The notes below the pieces were generated by a model. That model did not search any database, was not told the origin of the DNA, and saw only the letters and a list, made by a program, of their open reading frames with translations. From contig DASZPE010000048.1 of assembly GCA_035550415.1 (NCBI GenBank), positions 1 to 32,095 of the forward strand: 32,095 nucleotides of DNA, written 5' to 3'. The DNA comes from Minisyncoccota bacterium. GTDB taxonomy: Bacteria; Patescibacteriota; Minisyncoccia; Phycocordibacterales; SBAW01. The translations under genes and the position numbers were made by a program. Within the stretch, counting starts at the first letter, position 1. Every line of letters starts with the position of its first letter. Below, piece by piece: positions 25,838-32,095 of the stretch.

Positions 25838-27160
25838 TTAATCTGGACGCTCGAGGATTACTGAGGCATTGGCGCCTCCGAAGCCGAAGCTGTTGGAGAG
25901 AATGTACTTGGTATGTGCGAACATGGGGAGCGTCTGCATCACATGGTTGAAGTCGGCCAACTCCGGGTCGACATTCTCCGGCGTGAGGCCGTAGGTCGGG
26001 AGGATGTAGCCTTCCTGGAGCATCATCGTGCACAGCGCGAGCTCGAAGGCCCCCGCTGCGCCGAGGAGATGCCCCGAGAAGGATTTCGTCGAAGAGATGA
26101 GGATCTTCTTCGCGAAGTCTCCTGCCCAGGATCGAATTCCTTCGAGCTCTGCCTTGTCGCCGTCCGGCGTGCCGGTACCGTGCGTATTGATGTACGTCAG
26201 GTCTTCAGGTCCGATGCCCGCCATCTCGAGCGCAAGCTTGGCAGAACGTTCGCCGCCCGTAGGGTCGGGAGACGTGATCGCGCCTTCTGCGTTGCCATCG
26301 GTCGTTGAGCCGTAGCCCGCCACATGGGCAAGCACGGTTGCTCCCCGGTAGGTGGCGTTGTCTCGGGACTCGACTAGGATCGCCGCTGCCCCTTCGCCCA
26401 TGAGGAACCCGCTGCGGTCCTTCTGGTACGGCCTCGATTGGTTCGAGAGCGCTCGCTGCGACACGAACGAAGCGATACCGAAGGGGTTGATGACCGCCTC
26501 GGTGCCGATCACCAGCACCGCATCGGCCTCATCGAGCCGTATCATGCGAACGGCGTTGATAAAGCCGTTGCTTGAGGCGGCGCAAGCGGTAACACCCACG
26601 TCGCCCGGGCCCTTGATGCCCCACCGGTTGGCAATCATGCCAACAAAGGTGTTGGGCAGCTCGCGGATATTAGCCCGCGGGCCCAGTTTCTTGCCCTGCT
26701 CGAGCAGCAAGGTTGCGGGGTATGTCTCGGTGAGGCCACCGTTGCCGGTGCCTCCCACGATGCCGAAGCGTTCGGCACGCTCGCAGACCATTTCGACGCC
26801 GCCCACCCGGTCGAAGAGCAGCTTCGCCGCAACATGGGCGAAGAGCTGATGCCGGTCGTAACTGTGCGCCTTTTCCTTGGACGACCACTCTTTGAGAGCG
26901 GTAATTCCGAACAGCGCATCGTTGGTGAGCGGCGACCCGCACACCGTCTCGACGAGCCCTTCGTCCCGCATGAAGGGGCGTAGAAGATCTGTAGTGGCCT
27001 CATGGGCCGTACCCGTATCGGGAAATCCTGCCCAGATCCTGGGATAGTCGAAGATCTTGGCCCGCGCTACGCGTCCTTGCAGCATATTGGTGTAGATTTC
27101 GCGCATCGAATTGCCGTTGCCGGAGATGCCGGCAATAGCAGTGATAACTACGTCTCGCAT
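25838..27160 (-). CDS. beta-ketoacyl-ACP synthase I/II-type condensing enzyme (FabF/FabB-like)
   Basis: 440 aa. SD AAGGGAG upstream. Cys-His-His triad contexts GVTACAASSNG, INTHGTGTPDGD, KSFSGHLLGAAG. C-terminal NSFGFGGANAS. Confidence 0.85.
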   Translation of the reverse strand: MRDVVITAIAGISGNGNSMREIYTNMLQGRVARAKIFDYPRIWAGFPDTGTAHEATTDLLRPFMRDEGLVETVCGSPLTNDALFGITALKEWSSKEKAHSYDRHQLFAHVAAKLLFDRVGGVEMVCERAERFGIVGGTGNGGLTETYPATLLLEQGKKLGPRANIRELPNTFVGMIANRWGIKGPGDVGVTACAASSNGFINAVRMIRLDEADAVLVIGTEAVINPFGIASFVSQRALSNQSRPYQKDRSGFLMGEGAAAILVESRDNATYRGATVLAHVAGYGSTTDGNAEGAITSPDPTGGERSAKLALEMAGIGPEDLTYINTHGTGTPDGDKAELEGIRSWAGDFAKKILISSTKSFSGHLLGAAGAFELALCTMMLQEGYILPTYGLTPENVDPELADFNHVMQTLPMFAHTKYILSNSFGFGGANASVILERPD

Positions 27161-27239
27161 CTTTATAACTCCCTTTTCAATCTCGCCCAGTGCGAGACAT
27201 CCGGAGTATTTTTACCACAAAAATTTATTAGTGTAAATA

Positions 27240-28400
27240 TTACTTCTCGCGCTCCTTGCTCCAATGCTTTTTCCACAGCGCGAAGAGGAGGTCGGTGCGC
27301 ATCTTTTCCGCCTCTATCTTCTTCTCCCCGGGCAGCGTTGCGAGCGAGCGTATGCTCGCAATGAGCTCCTTTACTCCGCGCTCCACCATGTCCGGCGACC
27401 AGACTTCGTTGGCAACGACATCGAGTTTGAGGTCCGACCCCCACCACCAACTGCAGCTTGCCAGCCCGCGGTCCAGGTGCGCCCGCGCCGCCGCGTAGCC
27501 GGGGTCGTCCGGATACTCCGCGAGCGTCGTGATCGCGCAGTCGGCGAGCTGCCAGAGGCGGCGATGAATTTCGTTGTCGGGGTGCGACCACAGCGCGAAC
27601 CGCACTCCGCGCGCGAGGTCATGGGTCACCGCCTCCCAGTTGGTCTGCTCGGGCTCAACCTCGACAACCTCCGTAAGTTCGCCGAGATATTCGTGCACGG
27701 TAAGAAACCGTATGTCGGGGCTCTCGAACGCCCGCGCGTAGTAGCCTTGGTCGTCCTTGTGCCAATGGCCGAAGAGCTCGCCGTCGTGCGCGGTGATGAC
27801 GTACGGCGTGTCCTTCAGCGTCGTATGCAGATGATCGACAATATATTCGGGCGGAAATGTTTTTGAAATAGTGCGGTTTCGCACGACCGCATACAGCGAC
27901 GTGCCGCGGATCCGATAGGCCTTGGTCGCGTCGGGCACTCGGCCCAGATGCGCCTCGTCGAGCATAATCCACTGAAAGCCGCGCCTCTCCAGAAGCTCGG
28001 CGAGCGCGCGATCGTACGCCATCTCAGGAGCAAAAAACCCGTACGGTTGATACGCATCGCCAAAGAGGCGCCTACATATGCGGTCATGAAGGTCGATCTG
28101 CCGCTCGCGCTCGTGCTCGGGCAGGAGCGCGAGAATGGGATGGTACATCGCGCTCCCAACAAGCCGCAGCTGCCCGCGCTCGACGCATGCGCGGTACCCG
28201 GCAATAAGCGGCGCGCATTCGGGATCTGCCTCCCATTGCTCAAGGAGCGAACCCGAGATATTGATGCTCGCGCGGAAGCGCGGATAGCGCTCGCACAGGT
28301 CGAGTATGAGGCGGTAGCTCTCGCGCGCGACCTGGCGCACGATCTCGGGGTCTTGGCCGGGCGGCTGATAGATATGGAGAAACGGCACCCAGGCAAGCAT
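27240..28400 (-). CDS. glycoside hydrolase family 57 protein
   Basis: 386 aa from ATG 28400, 5 nt after the glgA stop. GH57-like blocks FLHIYQPP, FFAPEMAY (nucleophile Glu context), HDGELFGHWH (acid/base Asp context). Confidence 0.75.
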   Translation of the reverse strand: MLAWVPFLHIYQPPGQDPEIVRQVARESYRLILDLCERYPRFRASINISGSLLEQWEADPECAPLIAGYRACVERGQLRLVGSAMYHPILALLPEHERERQIDLHDRICRRLFGDAYQPYGFFAPEMAYDRALAELLERRGFQWIMLDEAHLGRVPDATKAYRIRGTSLYAVVRNRTISKTFPPEYIVDHLHTTLKDTPYVITAHDGELFGHWHKDDQGYYARAFESPDIRFLTVHEYLGELTEVVEVEPEQTNWEAVTHDLARGVRFALWSHPDNEIHRRLWQLADCAITTLAEYPDDPGYAAARAHLDRGLASCSWWWGSDLKLDVVANEVWSPDMVERGVKELIASIRSLATLPGEKKIEAEKMRTDLLFALWKKHWSKEREK

Positions 28401-28405
28401 GGCGG

Positions 28406-29929
28406 TTATTCCTGCGCGCCCGCGTGCGTCTCGCGCGCCTTGAGCGCTTTCTCGATCATCTTGTCGTACTTGCGCGCCGACATCTCCCACGAAAAATTCT
28501 TTCCCATCGCGCGCTGCTGGAGCTGCTTCCAGAAATCTTTGTTGCGGAAGTTCTCGTACGCGCGCACGACCGCCACCAGAAGCGACGCGGACATATACTT
28601 TTCAAACACGAAGCCGGTTCCCTCCTCGCTTGCGGTCGCGTCCACCACCGTGTCGGCCAAGCCGCCGGTCTTGCGCACAATGGGGATCGCGCCGTAGCGC
28701 ATCGCCTCCATCTGGGTGAGGCCGCACGGCTCAAAGAGCGAGGGGACCAGGACCGCGTCCGCCCCCGCGAAGACTTGGTGCGGCATCGCAGGATCGAACT
28801 TGAGCTCCGTGCTCACTTGCTCGGGGAATTTTTTCTGAAGTTCCTGGAAAAAGCGCATGTACTTGTCCTCGCCCTCGCCCAGCACGATGAGCTGCATCGG
28901 GAGCTCCTGGAGCAGCGGCTCGATCGCCTCCTCGACAAGGTCGAGGCCCTTCTGCTGCGTGAGCCGGCTCACGATCGCCGCGACAAACGCGTCGTCCCGT
29001 ACCGGGAGCCCGAAGCGCTGCTGCAAGAGCGCCTTGTTGGGCGCGCGCTTGTCCACCTCGCGCTGCGAGAACGGATGCTCAAGCAGCGGGTCGTGCTCCG
29101 GGTCCCAGAGCTTGTAGTCGATCCCGTTGAGGATGCCGTACACCGCGCTGCGGCGCTCGGCCAGAAGCGTCTCGAGGCCCTCGCCGAATTCCTCGGTCAT
29201 GATTTCCTTGGCGTAGGTCGGCGAAACGGTGTTGATGACGTCGGCGTTCATGATCCCGCGGCGCAAGCCGTTGATCTGGAGCAATCGCGGATCGTTGAAG
29301 GCCGGGATCGGCGAGTGGCCGTCGTCGTACTCGGACTCTTTGACGAAGCGGTGATTGAACATCCCTTGGTACACCAGGTTGTGGATCGAAAAGATAGTCG
29401 TGATGCCCGACAGCCGGCGGTCGTGGGCGTATACCGTCTTGAGATAATTCGGCAGGTAGCCGGTCTGCCAGTCGGCGCAGATGATGACGTCCGGCCGCCA
29501 CTGCGACATCCGCAGGAATTCGAGCACGCCGCGGCACAAGAGCGCCCAGCGCACGGGGTCGTCGGCGTAGCCGTAGATATTGGCGCGCTGCTCGTAGTAC
29601 TCCATGTTCTCGAGGAAGTACGTCGTTACCGGCTTGCCGGGCTCCTCGTCGCTGTCGTAGCGCTTTACGTTGCAGCGCATATACTGCTCGCCTTCGTGGT
29701 TGCCAGTCGGCACCTCGAGCCCTTCGTACTCCATGCGGATCGGCAGCTCGTGTGTGTCCTCGATCGGCAGATACCGCGGGATCATCACGCGGGCGTCGTA
29801 GCCGATTTTACGCAATGCCTTGGGGAGCGAGTACATGACCGCGCCAAGGCCGCCGACCGAGGCGAATGGCTTTGCCTCCGTGGCAACAAAAAGTACCTTC
29901 GGTTTTTTGGCGCCCCCAAAGAGACCCAT
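28406..29929 (-). CDS. glgA: glycogen/starch synthase (GT5 family)
   Basis: 507 aa from ATG 29929 (MGLFGGAKKPKVLFVATEAKPFASVGGLGAVMYSLPKAL). C-terminal PSLFEPCGLTQMEAMRYG, GGLADTV. Confidence 0.85.
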   Translation of the reverse strand: MGLFGGAKKPKVLFVATEAKPFASVGGLGAVMYSLPKALRKIGYDARVMIPRYLPIEDTHELPIRMEYEGLEVPTGNHEGEQYMRCNVKRYDSDEEPGKPVTTYFLENMEYYEQRANIYGYADDPVRWALLCRGVLEFLRMSQWRPDVIICADWQTGYLPNYLKTVYAHDRRLSGITTIFSIHNLVYQGMFNHRFVKESEYDDGHSPIPAFNDPRLLQINGLRRGIMNADVINTVSPTYAKEIMTEEFGEGLETLLAERRSAVYGILNGIDYKLWDPEHDPLLEHPFSQREVDKRAPNKALLQQRFGLPVRDDAFVAAIVSRLTQQKGLDLVEEAIEPLLQELPMQLIVLGEGEDKYMRFFQELQKKFPEQVSTELKFDPAMPHQVFAGADAVLVPSLFEPCGLTQMEAMRYGAIPIVRKTGGLADTVVDATASEEGTGFVFEKYMSASLLVAVVRAYENFRNKDFWKQLQQRAMGKNFSWEMSARKYDKMIEKALKARETHAGAQE

Positions 29930-29954
29930 AAGAAATGTAATTCTACCAAATTTT

Positions 29955-30533
29955 CTATCGAATGTCAGCAGCGCCGATGATCTCGATTTTGACCGCATTA
30001 CTTACGCCATTCTCGTTCTCTACAGTCAAATTATAGGTACCGTTGAGGAGGAGGGTGAGATACATCGGGCACATCTCTCCCGCTTTACAATCAGGGCCGA
30101 TGGATGACGGGACCGTGAAGCTAATCATCTGATGGATGCCGGGGCGACACGATGGATCAGTGGTACACGCAACGGCGACAGAAGATGTAATAGGTACATT
30201 ACGCGCTGCGGCCATACCATTGAGCAAGATAGTGTTGCGGTCGGTGAATCCGAAACCGGTTATGGTTATCGTGTCGCCGACGTGAATTCCGCTCGTTTTT
30301 GAAACAGAGTACAGCGTAATCGCATGATCCGTCGGGGTCGGAATCGGATGTGTACTAGGTGTCGAGGAAGATGTACCGGACGACAGCGAGGATGATGTTG
30401 CCACCGGCTGCGTCGAGGTGGCCGCCGGCCAAGACGGTATCACCATATGCGTTCCCCCGCCGAACAAGGCCGAGAGCGCGAGAAACGGCATCGCAATAAA
30501 AGCCCCGATATATGCCCAAAATGTCATACTCAT
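29955..30533 (-). CDS. secreted/anchored IPT/TIG-like domain protein
   Basis: 192 aa. N-terminal hydrophobic anchor, S/T/P-rich linker, Ig-like segment ITLYSVSKTSGIHVGDTITITGFGF...ISFTVPSS...GTYNLTVENENGVSNAVKIEI. Confidence 0.6.
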   Translation of the reverse strand: MSMTFWAYIGAFIAMPFLALSALFGGGTHMVIPSWPAATSTQPVATSSSLSSGTSSSTPSTHPIPTPTDHAITLYSVSKTSGIHVGDTITITGFGFTDRNTILLNGMAAARNVPITSSVAVACTTDPSCRPGIHQMISFTVPSSIGPDCKAGEMCPMYLTLLLNGTYNLTVENENGVSNAVKIEIIGAADIR

Positions 30534-30570
30534 AGAGACGTACGGCCCTATAGTACCTTACGCATCGGGC

Positions 30571-30579
30571 TGCTATACT
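30571..30579 (+). promoter_or_regulatory. extended -10 box (TGcTATACT)
   Basis: TGCTATACT at 30571-30579, about 105 nt upstream of the small ORF at 30685. Confidence 0.35.
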
Positions 30580-30684
30580 GCCCTGCAGTGGTCATACGTG
30601 GAATTTTTGCGGCCCTGCCCCGGGGACACACCGCAGCCCACTTCCCACATACAAGGCGGGGCAATACTAGCTAATAATCGCATC

Positions 30685-30858
30685 ATGAATCTGCAAGAGA
30701 TGCATGACCAGCACACACAGCATCGATGGGACGACCCGCGCTACGGGCTCGCCACGATGAAGTGGTACGGCTGGGGCTCGCCGGTCGGCTTGGGGATATT
30801 TTTCCTCTGCATCGGCGGCCTCCTGTGCCTCATCCACTTCGCCGGCCTCATAGGCTAA
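30685..30858 (+). CDS. hypothetical small membrane protein (57 aa)
   Basis: MNLQEMHDQHTQHRW... with C-terminal TM VGLGIFFLCIGGLLCLIHFAGLI. A strong terminator starts 2 nt after the stop. Confidence 0.5.
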   Translation: MNLQEMHDQHTQHRWDDPRYGLATMKWYGWGSPVGLGIFFLCIGGLLCLIHFAGLIG

Positions 30859-30859
30859 G

Positions 30860-30905
30860 AAAAAGCCGTCCCGAACAAGCATGTGAGGGACGGCTTTTTC
30901 TTTTT
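30860..30905 (+). terminator. intrinsic terminator
   Basis: AAAAAGCCGTCCC-(14-nt loop)-GGGACGGCTTTTT followed by CTTTTT. Confidence 0.7.
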
Positions 30906-31012
30906 CAATCTCGTGAGCCACAATAATTTCCTCGCCGTCGCTCGGAAATTTTCCAGCCCCGGACTCGTCTGTTTTGTCTGCTGACAAACCATGACTCCGT
31001 CTTCACAAAGTG

Positions 31013-31042
31013 CAAAAATCTCTGCAGCAGTGCAGAGATTTT
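31013..31042 (-). terminator. intrinsic terminator downstream of tRNA-Glu
   Basis: AATCTCTGCA-GCAG-TGCAGAGATT, with a T-run on the minus strand (reverse complement of CAAAAA). Confidence 0.6.
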
Positions 31043-31049
31043 GCCTTTG

Positions 31050-31121
31050 TGACCCTATGGGGAATCGAACCCCAATTTACGCCGTGAAAGGGCGCTGTCC
31101 TAACCGTTAGACGATAGGGCC
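31050..31121 (-). tRNA. tRNA-Glu (TTC)
   Basis: 72 nt. The reverse complement reads GGCCCTATCGTCTAACGGTTAGGACAGCGCCCTTTCACGGCGT...GGGGTTCGATTCCCCATAGGGTCA. Anticodon loop CTTTCAC. Confidence 0.9.
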
Positions 31122-31191
31122 TCTATTGATCTGACTTCCAAAATATAGCCTAAATCGCGAAAAAATGGTACTTTATCTTTTGTTTATCGAA

Positions 31192-31278
31192 GGAGAGGTG
31201 GCTGAGTGGTCGAAGGCACCACACTCGAAATGTGGCGTACCCGTAAGGGTACCGTGAGTTCGAATCTCACCCTCTCCG
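31192..31278 (+). tRNA. tRNA-Ser (CGA)
   Basis: 87 nt. Acceptor GGAGAGG/CCTCTCC, anticodon stem CCACA/TGTGG with loop CTCGAAA, long variable arm GTACCCGTAAGGGTAC, T-arm GTGAG-TTCGAAT-CTCAC. Confidence 0.9.
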
Positions 31279-31324
31279 CAGAGTTCCTGCAACGCCCGCA
31301 GTATCAGTTCAGTTACAACACGAT

Positions 31325-32002
31325 ATGCAAGCAGTCATACTCGCCGCGGGCGAAGGCACGCGCATGCGCCCGCTTACGCTCACGACACCCAAGCCCCTTA
31401 TCACGGTCGCCGGCATGCCGATACTCGAGCATGTCGTGCGTGCGCTGCCGGACGAGGTCGACGAAATTATTGTCGTAGTAAAATATCTGCAAGAACAAAT
31501 TCGCGCGTATTGCGGCGACAACTTTTGCGGCAAGCGCGTCGTGTACGTCGAGCAAGGCGAGAAGAAGGGCACCGCCGCGGCGCTCGAGTACGCGCGGCCG
31601 CGCCTCGGCGAGCGGTTTATGATCACCTTCGCCGACGACCTCCTGGCAAAAAAGGATTTGGAGGAGTTGCTTACCCACGAGTATTCGTGGCTCGTTGCGC
31701 ACAGCGATACGCCCGAGCGCTTCGGCGTCGTGTCGCTCAACCAAGACGGCACGCTGCGCACGATTATTGAGAAGCCCGAGCATCCCGAGACCAACCTCAT
31801 CTCGACCGGTGTCGGCGTCGTGACCCAGAAGATATTTGAGTACGCGCCCAGTAATCACGGCGAAGAGACCGGCATCCCCGGCATGATCACCGCGCTTGCT
31901 AAGACCACGCCTGTACATGTCGTGAAGGCAAGCTTCTGGCAGCCGGTCGGCTACCCCGAGCATATTGCTGAGGCGGAACGTGCGCTTGAAGCCTTCATCT
32001 AA
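31325..32002 (+). CDS. sugar-phosphate nucleotidyltransferase (NTP_transferase family)
   Basis: 225 aa. N-terminal signature AVILAAGEGTRMRPLTLTTPKPL and GTAAAL; short single-domain form. Confidence 0.8.
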   Translation: MQAVILAAGEGTRMRPLTLTTPKPLITVAGMPILEHVVRALPDEVDEIIVVVKYLQEQIRAYCGDNFCGKRVVYVEQGEKKGTAAALEYARPRLGERFMITFADDLLAKKDLEELLTHEYSWLVAHSDTPERFGVVSLNQDGTLRTIIEKPEHPETNLISTGVGVVTQKIFEYAPSNHGEETGIPGMITALAKTTPVHVVKASFWQPVGYPEHIAEAERALEAFI

Positions 32003-32095
32003 ATTTAAGCGCGTGCGCGGTTCAATAGCTGGGTTCGATTAGCAACCCAAACTATCGAATCGATATGAAAACAATTAAGAAAGCAGCTGCGGCCA

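Noticed and set aside
30667-30987. A 106-aa minus-strand ORF overlapping the small plus-strand membrane ORF and its terminator.
   Set aside because: It spans a strong plus-strand terminator hairpin and has no SD. The plus-strand 57-aa ORF with a TM segment and terminator is the better explanation.
32065-32095. Possible start of another plus-strand gene (ATGAAAACAATTAAGAAAGCAGCTGCGGCC) at the window edge.
   Set aside because: Only 10 codons are visible, too little to call.

Overview
This is a 32.1-kb, high-GC, densely packed bacterial chromosomal segment with about 40 protein genes and 6 tRNAs. Most genes are housekeeping: glmS, a NifS/IscS-type cysteine desulfurase, infB-rbfA, a 4-tRNA cluster (Cys-GCA, Leu-TAA, Lys-CTT, Leu-TAG), gyrA, rpsA, pth, lepB, rpsU, ybeY, ftsA-ftsZ, trxB, a glgA/GH57 glycogen operon, divergent tRNA-Glu/tRNA-Ser and a sugar-phosphate nucleotidyltransferase. 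The gene style suggests a reduced-genome Patescibacteria/CPR-like organism, but this is inference only. That style includes a 509-aa IF-2 without N-terminal domains, a 4-domain S1, ftsAZ without dcw neighbours, many small membrane ORFans and VirB2/TrbC-like two-TM proteins. Seven unexplained or accessory items stand out. (1) A minus-strand operon in which a membrane-anchored solute-binding protein with no ABC partners in the window is translationally coupled to four tandem VirB2/TrbC-like two-TM paralogs. (2) A 33% GC ORFan placed 1 nt after gyrA. (3) Two NUDIX-plus-small-ORF modules, each closed by the same 24-nt terminator hairpin. (4) A HisRS-like protein with degenerate catalytic motifs. 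(5) A stand-alone KAS-II-type ketosynthase. (6) A recurring TGnTATAnT extended -10 promoter family, with several genes that look leaderless. (7) Three strong hairpins in a tRNA spacer. I saw no CRISPR array, rRNA, transposase, integrase or recognisable defence gene. All calls come from reading the sequence and the ORF track; no database search was possible.
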